The translations under genes and the position numbers were made by a program. From assembly GCA_000175855.1 (NCBI GenBank), contig ACYB01000007.1:1-32000 (forward strand): a DNA stretch of 32,000 nucleotides, read 5' to 3'. Source of the DNA: Raphidiopsis brookii D9. Its GTDB lineage: Bacteria > Cyanobacteriota > Cyanobacteriia > Cyanobacteriales > Nostocaceae. The notes beneath the pieces were generated by a model. That model ran no database searches, had not been told where the DNA came from, and saw nothing but the letters and a program-made list of their open reading frames with translations. Positions 1 through 8,382 of this stretch are shown here, piece after piece; position 1 is the first letter of the stretch, and each line of letters starts with the position of its first letter.

Positions 1-912
1 GATGTAAAAAACTTATATGAACAACATACTCAAGCTACGGGACAAATATTTACACCAGATGCTATAAACCATGCCTATTATTTAACCCAGGGACAACCTT
101 GGTTAGTTAATGCTTTAGCTCGTCAAGCGACAGAATTTTTAAATACGGATCCAAGTGTTCCTATCACTGTGGATTTAATCAATGAAGCTAAGGAAATATT
201 AATTCAAAGACAAGATACTCATTTAGATAGTTTAGCAGAAAGATTACGGGAAAATCGAGTGCAGGCAATTATTGAACCTATTTTATCTGGGGAACAATTA
301 CCGGACGTTCCCCAAGACGATATTCGTTTTGTTTTAGATTTAGGTCTTTGTCGTCAAGACACAGGTAGAGGTTTAGAAATTGCTAATCCCATTTATAAGG
401 AAGTTTTGCCGAGGGTGTTAGCATACACACCTACCATGTCCTTGGGAGTAATTGAGCCAGAATGGTTAAGTCCCACAGGGGAATTAGTACCGGAACAATT
501 ATTGGCAGCATTTTTGGAATTTTGGCGCCAGCATGGGGAACCATTATTCAAAAGTACACCCTATCCAGAAATAGCACCCCATTTAGTGTTAATGGCATTT
601 TTACATCGAGTGGTAAATGGTGGTGGAACCTTAGAAAGAGAATATGCCATTGGTTCAGGAAGAATGGATATTTGTTTACGTTATGGTCAGGTGGTATTAG
701 CAATGGAATTAAAGGTGTGGAGAAAAGGGAGTAAGGATCCATTAACCGCAGGTCTCAAACAATTGGATAAGTATTTATCGGGATTAAATTTAAAAACAGG
801 ATGGTTAGTGATTTTTGACCGTCGTCCAAATTTACCACCTGTTAGTGATAGAACAACTACGGAAATGGCTATTAGTCCCCAGGGAAGAAGTATTACGGTG
901 ATTCGTGGTTAA
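1..912 (+). CDS. 3' part of an ATP-binding protein with a C-terminal PD-(D/E)XK-like nuclease domain (5' end lies outside the window)
   Basis: Frame 1 is open from base 1 (DVKNLYEQHTQATGQIF...QGQPWLVNALARQ) and runs into the listed 169..912 ORF. The C-terminal GSGRMDICLRY...LAMELKVWRKG looks like a D...E.K nuclease core, as seen in AAA-ATPase-like/PDDEXK fusion proteins common in cyanobacteria. Confidence 0.6.
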   Translation, partial: DVKNLYEQHTQATGQIFTPDAINHAYYLTQGQPWLVNALARQATEFLNTDPSVPITVDLINEAKEILIQRQDTHLDSLAERLRENRVQAIIEPILSGEQLPDVPQDDIRFVLDLGLCRQDTGRGLEIANPIYKEVLPRVLAYTPTMSLGVIEPEWLSPTGELVPEQLLAAFLEFWRQHGEPLFKSTPYPEIAPHLVLMAFLHRVVNGGGTLEREYAIGSGRMDICLRYGQVVLAMELKVWRKGSKDPLTAGLKQLDKYLSGLNLKTGWLVIFDRRPNLPPVSDRTTTEMAISPQGRSITVIRG

Positions 913-1014
913 CCCAGGGTAGGAGTTGCTTTATTTTAAAAAACATTATTTTGTCTTCCACCCTAATATCTTACCTAATATCTTAAATATACCCACTCAA
1001 AATAGCACCCTCAT

Positions 1015-1052
1015 ATTTCTCGTTCAAGAGCGATCGCTCTTGAACGAGAAAT
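1015..1052. repeat. 38-bp perfect palindrome centred on a HIP1 site; possible bidirectional terminator
   Basis: ATTTCTCGTTCAAGAGCGA|TCGCTCTTGAACGAGAAAT is its own reverse complement. The centre is GCGATCGC (1030-1037) and the + strand runs straight into TTTTT. It lies about 100 nt after the stop at 912. Confidence 0.7.
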
Positions 1053-1520
1053 TTTTCAATCTGGGAGAAAATCTCAAATTATTCCGCAAATATGTAACGC
1101 CGGTTTTGTCCCGAATGGTTAAAAACTAATTAATACTTAACAAAACTTAACTTATATTAAAATACGGTAATAACAGTCATTAAGAAACCAGTAATGATCA
1201 ATCGCTCCGTAATTATTCGATTTGTCTATCGCATGACTTTTACTTTTATATGTGGTACTGGAGACTATAATGGTGCCATAGTGTCAAGTACTGGCTGTGT
1301 GTTGGTTTTGAGTTCTTTTGTTTTCAGAGGATAACCTCACTATATCAACCCCTCCTTTCACACTATCTTTTTAGGTAAAAGTATTGTTAATAGCAAACTA
1401 ACTCATCTTGGTATTAATACCTTTGTTTTAGCTGGTTAAATTAGCAATACTTACATTATTGTATGCTGTGATGCAATTTTCATCAATTAAAAGTCACGTT
1501 TATATTAGTAGGAAATTAAA

Positions 1521-3755
1521 ATGTCTAATTTGGCAGGAATTGATTTAGGGACTACAAATAGTCTTATCGCTTTCAAACTGGTTCAACCAGAAGTCGTAAC
1601 TGCTGATGACAACAGAGCTCCTGAAAGAACATTAACGCCTTCTGTTGTTGCTTGGGAGCAAAATGGTTTTGTAGTGGGAGAAAAAGCTCGTAACCAGTCA
1701 GTGGCCAATCCAGAAAAGGTGGTCAGATCTATCAAACGTTTGATGGGGAGAGATTTTGATGATCCTAATGTTCAAGAACACTTATCACAATTCTCTTTTA
1801 AAGTTACCCAGCATAGTGAGGGTGCTAAAAATAGCATCTCAGTCTGGTTAGATGGTAAAGAATACCAACCAGGAGATATATCAGCGGAGATCCTCAAAAA
1901 AGTTGTCCAAAACGCCCAAAATTACCTAAGAAAACAAAATAGAGAAAGTCAAATTACCCATGTAGTTGTCACCATCCCAGCTTACTTTAACGATAAACAA
2001 AGACATGCAACTGAGCAAGCTATTTACAAAGCAGGATTAGATCCCATCGAATTGCTCTCGGAACCAACCGCAGCGGCAATTTCCTATGGTTTTAAACCTG
2101 ATGAATCAGATGTCGTCAAGACTATTTTGGTTTATGATTTTGGTGGAGGTACCTTTGACTGCTCTCTAATTACAGCAGTAGAAAACCGTTTTATCGAGTC
2201 TGGTAAAGCAGGGGATTTATGGTTAGGAGGTGATGATATTGACTCCCAGATTACTAAGTTCGTTTTAAAACAGGTGGCACAGGAATGGGATATTGATATA
2301 GATTCTCTAATTGAGAAAATGCCTGAGTCACAGCGTCTTCGTTTTATGAGGGAGCTAAGTGAATCCGCAGAACAGGCAAAAATTTCCCTGAGTGGTAGTA
2401 ACTCAGCCCACATTATTCCGAACACTCCTCTGATTGATGAAGAGGGAATGGTAGTTCCAGTAGACGTGAGAATTACCCGCGAGCAGTTTGAGAAGATGAT
2501 TGAGCCAATGATAGATCGCACCATTGCTATCTGCTTGGATGCCCTAAAATTTTCAGACTATCCATTGGAAGCAATTGATATCGTTCTTATGGTAGGTGGT
2601 TCATCTCAAATTCCCCTGGTTCAACGTAAGCTTCGTGAATCCTTTGGCAAGGAAAAAGTGGTAGTTCACCCTCGTCCTATGTACGCTGTGGCTGAAGGGG
2701 CAGCTATTGTAGCGGCTAGTGGTATTCAGAAAGTTATCACCGTAGGGCGGGACTACTTTATTGAGCTAGTTGACAAGCCAGGACACAAAATAATTGAGCG
2801 TGGTGAGCAACTTCCGGTCAGCAAAAAACATACTTTTACTACTGAAGCTGATGGACAATGTCTCATTCACCTCAAATTTTTCACTTCAGATCAGGTAAGT
2901 GAGAACATTAATCATAGAGAAAAAAATGAGCGTATAGGAGATATGTGGTTGGTTCTTGACCAACCTTACCCAAAAGGAACAGAGATATCTCTCACAGCAG
3001 AATTGGATGAAAAGAACAGTTCTCTCCACATTTCAGCCTGTCTTAAACATAATCCCTCTGTTAAATTGAGTACTTCATTTTTACGTGGAAACCGGGATCA
3101 AATAACAAATGAAAGACTTGAAAAACTACTTGAAGATATAAACAAAGACCTAATTTTAACAGAATATGGGGTCAAAAATATCAGCCAGATAGCAGCTGAA
3201 ATAGTTCGCATTTCTCAGAATATGATTGGTAAGGATGGAACTGTTATCCTTGAAAGGAAAATGGAGGCAGAAAAAAAACTGCGAGAATTACAAATGATTT
3301 CTTCGAGGGACAATAGGCAGGTTGAATACTATATTAGTACATTCAAAATGGTTCTTGAATTGTGTCCTTTCCTTTTGTCTGAGACACAGAAATCACAAAT
3401 GCAAGATCTAGTCGAAAAACTGCAAAAGGCAAAAGAAGAACAAGACTTGAAGGATATACAAACATATTGTCAACAAGCACAAGTAGAACTCGAAAATTTA
3501 CTGAGTAGTGAGAGCCGTAGTTCATCTTTAATTCAACTCATATTGTTTACAATAGAAGCAATTGAAATTGCCAATCATCGAGACCAAACTCAAGCAAACT
3601 TAATGAGATCTAAGCTGGGTCAGGTATTGAATGCGATGGAGCGTGGTAATGAAGATGATGCAAATATTTTGTTACGAGAGTTACTACCCTATGTTGAACA
3701 CTGGGTCTCGCAAGACAGGGAAGGATCGAAGATTTATACAGGAATACATTCCTAA
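1521..3755 (+). CDS. Atypical Hsp70-family ATPase (744 aa) with a non-canonical C-terminal helical region
   Basis: Actin-fold/Hsp70 NBD motifs are present: GIDLGTTNS, VTIPAYFND, VYDFGGGTFD, LMVGGSSQIPLVQ. I did not see the canonical DVLLLDV-type linker or an EEVD tail. The last ~250 aa are rich in E/K/Q/L. Confidence 0.9.
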   Translation: MSNLAGIDLGTTNSLIAFKLVQPEVVTADDNRAPERTLTPSVVAWEQNGFVVGEKARNQSVANPEKVVRSIKRLMGRDFDDPNVQEHLSQFSFKVTQHSEGAKNSISVWLDGKEYQPGDISAEILKKVVQNAQNYLRKQNRESQITHVVVTIPAYFNDKQRHATEQAIYKAGLDPIELLSEPTAAAISYGFKPDESDVVKTILVYDFGGGTFDCSLITAVENRFIESGKAGDLWLGGDDIDSQITKFVLKQVAQEWDIDIDSLIEKMPESQRLRFMRELSESAEQAKISLSGSNSAHIIPNTPLIDEEGMVVPVDVRITREQFEKMIEPMIDRTIAICLDALKFSDYPLEAIDIVLMVGGSSQIPLVQRKLRESFGKEKVVVHPRPMYAVAEGAAIVAASGIQKVITVGRDYFIELVDKPGHKIIERGEQLPVSKKHTFTTEADGQCLIHLKFFTSDQVSENINHREKNERIGDMWLVLDQPYPKGTEISLTAELDEKNSSLHISACLKHNPSVKLSTSFLRGNRDQITNERLEKLLEDINKDLILTEYGVKNISQIAAEIVRISQNMIGKDGTVILERKMEAEKKLRELQMISSRDNRQVEYYISTFKMVLELCPFLLSETQKSQMQDLVEKLQKAKEEQDLKDIQTYCQQAQVELENLLSSESRSSSLIQLILFTIEAIEIANHRDQTQANLMRSKLGQVLNAMERGNEDDANILLRELLPYVEHWVSQDREGSKIYTGIHS

Positions 3756-3848
3756 TTAATTAATTTATTTACCCTGACAATACACTTGCCAAATCATACA
3801 CCAAAACTTGGAAAATAAGGTTATTAATTTAACTGGTGTTTTCCAAGT

Positions 3849-4403
3849 ATGTATATTCACAAAAAATTACTCATGAAAAGCAGAATTTGCGTGGTTTGTA
3901 GCTCTCCAATGTTGGAAGATTCTATTTGCAAAAACTGTGGGACAAATCTATCCACAATTTTAATGCTGGAAGGATTACCATCACGAAAAACAACATCCTC
4001 GGAAAAGGCAAAAATTTTACCCGATCAGATTAGTTTAGTGGTTTTAATTCTACTGCTAGGAACTGGAGTCGGAGGGTTCGCCTACTCTTTGTTATTTAGG
4101 CGACAATCACCAACTGTTCAAGTTCAAAATCAACCGACCATTAAAGCAACCATTCAAGAATTAAAGGTACAACCTCCTTCCCCCAATGTAATTTCTAGAC
4201 AACCTCATCAGAAAGGTTGCGGAGGCTTTTATTATACGGTGCGTCGCAGAAATTCTCTCTCACTTATTGCTTCACGTTTTTACGGAAATGGAAGTTTAGT
4301 GAAATTTATAGTCAATGCCAATCCCAGCTTGAAAAACAGAGAAGACACTCTGTATATAGGTGAACAGTTGTTTATCCCAAATCGTGAGGAATCTTGTCGA
4401 TGA
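3849..4403 (+). CDS. Membrane protein with an N-terminal zinc ribbon, one TM helix and a C-terminal LysM domain
   Basis: CVVCSSPMLEDSICKNCGT is a CxxC...CxxC pattern. The hydrophobic stretch ISLVVLILLLGTGVGGFAYSLLF is a likely TM helix. The C-terminal YYTVRRRNSLSLIASRFYGNGSLVKFIVNANPSL...LYIGEQLFIP is LysM-like. The start could instead be the internal Met at 3873. Confidence 0.75.
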   Translation: MYIHKKLLMKSRICVVCSSPMLEDSICKNCGTNLSTILMLEGLPSRKTTSSEKAKILPDQISLVVLILLLGTGVGGFAYSLLFRRQSPTVQVQNQPTIKATIQELKVQPPSPNVISRQPHQKGCGGFYYTVRRRNSLSLIASRFYGNGSLVKFIVNANPSLKNREDTLYIGEQLFIPNREESCR

Positions 4404-7018
4404 AACCAATTATAAATCTGTTTAAATCCCTATCCCAGTTTTTACTCAAAGGTGTTAATTTATCCCGCATTTTTTTGGATAAAGTCTCTGAATCTAAGTC
4501 AGACGCTCACAAAATTGAGTTGGTAGCAAAAAATCAATATTCTTTGGAACAGAAATATAAGACTGAGACTGAAAATGGATATTGGGAATTTCAAGAACTT
4601 GATGAGGCGATCGCATTATCAGATAAAATACTGAATAGATGGTCGCTGAGACCGAATTTGTTTGAGGTGATTTTGCGTCAATTATTTGAAGTTAATTCTC
4701 TTTTAAAAAAGCTTAAGAAGCAAAAAATTAGACTTGTTGGAGCTGCGGAAAAAGTTGCTCAGGCTCAAAATCTTGAAGCAGCATCCTGGAATAATCCTGA
4801 GCAAGATGAGGCATTATTCAATGCTAAAGACCTGTATCATAATTGCTATATTTTGGTTGAAAACCCGAAATTTTTACAAGCAGTCAACCGGTGTAAACAA
4901 CAACTTGACATACATGGACAGTTCAATAGTTTTGTGAAACAAGCTAAAGACTTAATTAGTAATTGGAAATTTCAAGAGGGGCTACAAAATTTAAGAAGTG
5001 CTGAAGAGTTGTTTGTAACATTATCCCTACAAGAAGAGATTGCATTTTGCTTGGGTCAAATTGAGTTGCAAGAAGAATTTGAGATGATCCAAACAGAAGT
5101 GTATAACTTAGCCCAGATGAAGGAATTTCAAGAAGCATTTAACAAACTTGAATCCATCTTGATTAAGTTTCCTTACCCAGATGGCAAAGAATTACAGGCA
5201 AAAATATATCAGATTATTGAGGGTAAAAAACGCTTTCAAGATGCACTTATTGCCGAAAAGCAAGGTGACTTAGACCAGGCTATGGATCAATACAAAAAAG
5301 CACTCAATATTTTGCCACAGTTAACGGAATGTAAGATTCGTCTAGCAATTATAGAAATAAAATCTCACAAATGGGAGGAAGCACTTTCTTATGTTGAAGG
5401 TCTGACTGTTGAAAGAGCAACTTACATTCGTGGATTTGCTTATGCCCAGCAAGAAAAATGGGAACAAGCTGAACAAGAATGGAGTTCTCTGTCTGATGCT
5501 GACACAAAGTCCCTATGTATTACGCTGATTAAAAGACAGAAATTATTCAAAATTCAAGAAATAGAGTGCTTTGTTAATGCGGGACAATTTGAGCAAGCTA
5601 AGCTGGCCAGTAAATCATTTCTAGATATATTTGGTCTGGATGACCTAGTGAAAAAAAATCTTGATAAACACATTCAACCCATGCTGAGTCAAATGTTTGA
5701 GAAGTCTCTCTGGGAAAATGAAAACTGGCAGGAGATAACCAAAAAAGCAGAGGAAACTTGGTTGGAATATCCCGATATCAGATCCTTACACAACTGGACT
5801 GTAGCTTCCTATTATTTGGCTCAAATAGATCCAAATAAACTATTGGAATTAATCACTCCCTGGTCTGCTGCTTTGGCAAATATTAACCAAGATCCTTCAT
5901 TACAAAATCTATTTTGGATGGGAAATAATACTGTCGACCTAAAAGAGGTATTCTCAGATCTAAAACAAACTCTTGATCAATTAATTGATCAAGTTAAAGA
6001 TAAAAATATTGAACAGTACTTCCAGTTACGAGATCACTTTCGTTTGGAGTTTACGGCCATAGAATCAATGGGAAATCCACCAATATCTGGAGTCAAACTC
6101 AATCACCTATTTCTCACTCCAGGCTGTTATAAACATTTTATTACCAGTTTACTGAATGATCCTTCATCTTCTATAGAAGAATTATACGATGGACTACCAC
6201 AGGAATCACTATACACAGCTTGGGGACTTGCAGTAGCAGCTTGTTTGGAAGGGGATGTGGAACGAGCTATTAAAATTAAACCACAAGGCAATCCCAGAAC
6301 GGATGCGGAAAAATATGGCTATCAATTTGTCTGTTATCATCAAGGATGTTACTATCTTGGGAAAAACCTTTGGCGCGAATCAGTATTTCCTCTTCAACAA
6401 GGTAAACCTCTAATTACATTGTCTTCCCAAAATTCTGATAGGATAGACCAACTCTGTGAAAAACAGCGTAAAGAAATTGAAGATTTGTCCGAACATCTTG
6501 AGTTTAGTGAATTTTGGTATGATCTTCTACAAACTAACTCCTCTAAGCTATATTTCAGCGAGTATAAGGCTAAAGAGGTTGTGAAAAAGATTGCTGACAA
6601 AACAATGACGGAAAATAAAGGTTTGCAAGAATTAAGAAAAATAAGTAGTATTTGTCCAGATAATCCTGTAGTAGATGATTACATTAACAGGATTAGCTTT
6701 AGTTTAGAACTAGAAAAAGTGCTTGAACAAATGCAGGAGGCAAACTTTCGAGAAGCACTAAACATGACCAAAAAATCGCCCCACCAGGAAAAAATTAAAA
6801 TTACTTTACTGGAGATCTGTTTAGAACTATTTAATAAGATTTCTAAGGAAGTTGAACCCCAAGAAATACCATGGACAGAAGTACCTCGATCAAAATTGAT
6901 ATTGATGTGTAATTTGGTATTATTCATGTACGATCTTGACAGCACCACGGTAGATTATCAAACCTACCGAGATTATCAAGCTATGCGTTCTAGACTGACA
7001 GGTTCGGATTATTATTAA
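4400..7018 (+). CDS. Large all-helical TPR-like protein (about 872 aa), function unknown
   Basis: The long ORF has ATG at 4400 overlapping the upstream TGA (ATGA), with GAGGA about 9 nt upstream. The track's TTG at 4394 is an alternative start. TPR-like segments include ALIAEKQGDLDQAMDQYKKALNILPQ...KWEEALSYVEGL. I recognised no catalytic motif. Confidence 0.75.
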   Translation: MKPIINLFKSLSQFLLKGVNLSRIFLDKVSESKSDAHKIELVAKNQYSLEQKYKTETENGYWEFQELDEAIALSDKILNRWSLRPNLFEVILRQLFEVNSLLKKLKKQKIRLVGAAEKVAQAQNLEAASWNNPEQDEALFNAKDLYHNCYILVENPKFLQAVNRCKQQLDIHGQFNSFVKQAKDLISNWKFQEGLQNLRSAEELFVTLSLQEEIAFCLGQIELQEEFEMIQTEVYNLAQMKEFQEAFNKLESILIKFPYPDGKELQAKIYQIIEGKKRFQDALIAEKQGDLDQAMDQYKKALNILPQLTECKIRLAIIEIKSHKWEEALSYVEGLTVERATYIRGFAYAQQEKWEQAEQEWSSLSDADTKSLCITLIKRQKLFKIQEIECFVNAGQFEQAKLASKSFLDIFGLDDLVKKNLDKHIQPMLSQMFEKSLWENENWQEITKKAEETWLEYPDIRSLHNWTVASYYLAQIDPNKLLELITPWSAALANINQDPSLQNLFWMGNNTVDLKEVFSDLKQTLDQLIDQVKDKNIEQYFQLRDHFRLEFTAIESMGNPPISGVKLNHLFLTPGCYKHFITSLLNDPSSSIEELYDGLPQESLYTAWGLAVAACLEGDVERAIKIKPQGNPRTDAEKYGYQFVCYHQGCYYLGKNLWRESVFPLQQGKPLITLSSQNSDRIDQLCEKQRKEIEDLSEHLEFSEFWYDLLQTNSSKLYFSEYKAKEVVKKIADKTMTENKGLQELRKISSICPDNPVVDDYINRISFSLELEKVLEQMQEANFREALNMTKKSPHQEKIKITLLEICLELFNKISKEVEPQEIPWTEVPRSKLILMCNLVLFMYDLDSTTVDYQTYRDYQAMRSRLTGSDYY

Positions 7019-7161
7019 ACCATTGACTGTTAAAATCATCATGGTTATCCATGCTTCCACTATCGAGCTTTGTTTGAAGACCTTGGGTTTACAAGTTATC
7101 TTTATTCGTTTTGCTTAGTAGCTTTGCTTTTTATCTCAATTGTTTATTAGGAGCAAAAATT

Positions 7162-7497
7162 ATGCCATCGTCTCATGCCAATCCTTATAAGGTTCTGAAT
7201 ATTACTCAAACCGCTTCAAAGGTTGATATAGTCAAAGCTGTTGCTATAGCAATGAAACTGAATGAATATCCCCTAAATGTTATTGCGTCTGCTCAAAAGC
7301 AACTTATAAGCACTAGGCAGCGTGTCTGTGCGGACTATTTGCTGCCCATATTTTCAAAAGTTATACGGTTCAAGAGGTCAGACTTGTCACTTTTGGAAAG
7401 TCCTACTCCACCTCTTGAGTTTTTACCAGAACTTGATGGTATAAATGAGGCAATTCATGATATTAACGGGTTTTTCTCCTTAGAAATGTTTGGATAA
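7162..7497 (+). CDS. J-domain-like protein lacking the HPD motif (111 aa)
   Basis: ATG at 7162 is preceded by AGGAG at 7149-7153. NPYKVLNITQTASKVDIVKAVAIAMKLNEYP...AQKQLISTRQRVCADYL follows J-domain helix I-III spacing (xPYxVLxIxxxASxxxIKxAY...HPD...AYxxLxDxxxRxxYD), but EYP replaces HPD. Confidence 0.6.
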   Translation: MPSSHANPYKVLNITQTASKVDIVKAVAIAMKLNEYPLNVIASAQKQLISTRQRVCADYLLPIFSKVIRFKRSDLSLLESPTPPLEFLPELDGINEAIHDINGFFSLEMFG

Positions 7498-7582
7498 GGT
7501 GTTGACACTCCCCGCTCTAAAGAGTTGACAACGCTAATTTTTTCTACCTTATCCTCCGTCATAATGGAAATAGCCATCTCAA

Positions 7583-8182
7583 GTGAATATGTTTAATCAA
7601 TTTGTTCAATTACTACTTCCTAATGCAAAATATATAAAAAAAATTGCATTTGATCGGATTCTGAGACCTTTTCGGGATAAGCAGTCTGCAACCGATCTAA
7701 TATCTGAATCTACGGAAACTTTGGAATTAAGCACTAAACAGCGTGACCAGATAATTGAAGAAATAAGAATCCTCCTGAAAAATGAAAAGACTTTACAACA
7801 AACCCTAAAAAAAGAACAGGATCAGAGGAATACTGCTAATGAACAGCTATTTTTGGAACTCCTAGGTATATTTGATACTCTGGAATTTCTAGTCGATTAT
7901 TTAAGTAACAGTCCGGAACCTAGTGCAAAATCTATTAAACGCTTATCAAAGCAGTTAGAAGTTTTACAGAGGAAACTTGTTGGTATACTTGAACAAAGGA
8001 AGGTAGAATTAATTGAGGATTTAAATCATACTAAACCTGATTTTAACCTATGTGTTGTTGTAGACCGTGAAGTCCGTAATGATCTGGAAGAACAGACTAT
8101 TACAAAAGTGGTTAAAAAGGGTTTTCGTATTGAAAATAGGGTTCTACGTCCCATTGAGGTAATCACATCTAAGCAACAATGA
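7583..8182 (+). CDS. GrpE-like nucleotide-exchange factor (divergent)
   Basis: It has a coiled-coil N-terminus. LFLELLGIFDTLEFLVDYL matches the GrpE LLPVxDxLERAL segment, and the C-terminal VVKKGFRIENRVLRPIEVITSK matches the GrpE beta-domain signature (KGYxLxxRVLRPAxVxV). The start is GTG at 7583 or ATG at 7589. Confidence 0.7.
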   Translation: MNMFNQFVQLLLPNAKYIKKIAFDRILRPFRDKQSATDLISESTETLELSTKQRDQIIEEIRILLKNEKTLQQTLKKEQDQRNTANEQLFLELLGIFDTLEFLVDYLSNSPEPSAKSIKRLSKQLEVLQRKLVGILEQRKVELIEDLNHTKPDFNLCVVVDREVRNDLEEQTITKVVKKGFRIENRVLRPIEVITSKQQ

Positions 8183-8382
8183 TAAGTAGTATTATTAATC
8201 AATACCTTAGCATTAGCCAAAAAATGTTGGTAGCACTCTTTATGTAGGTTAACACCATATAACCCAGAGAATTTTGGACAGTATGCTTAATCAGGAACAA
8301 ATGTCAAGAGGTGATAAGAAATTTAGTCACAGTTTGCTACCCTAAAATAATTAGTTATTACCACCAGTTGGTTTTTGTGATT

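Noticed and set aside
462-742. ORFs 462..734 (+) and 548..742 (-) inside the first gene
   Set aside because: They lie in an alternate or antisense frame of a well-supported CDS. Their composition is odd (W/H/F-rich) and they have no motifs.
926-1129. 67-aa ORF in the intergenic region after the first gene
   Set aside because: It reads straight through the 38-bp palindrome and an AT-rich low-complexity stretch. There is no start context and nothing protein-like in the sequence.
1130-1520. A promoter for the Hsp70 module (TATAAT at 1266-1271)
   Set aside because: It is a perfect -10 hexamer, but I found no acceptable -35 at 16-19 nt spacing, and it lies 250 nt from the start codon. That is too weak to call without TSS data.
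2132-2524. 130-aa antisense ORF within hsp70, and similar antisense ORFs at 3343..3525, 4956..5138, 6394..6600 and 6679..6948
   Set aside because: They are antisense shadows of strongly supported genes and are Ser/Ile/Cys-rich, as expected for reverse frames of AT-rich coding DNA.
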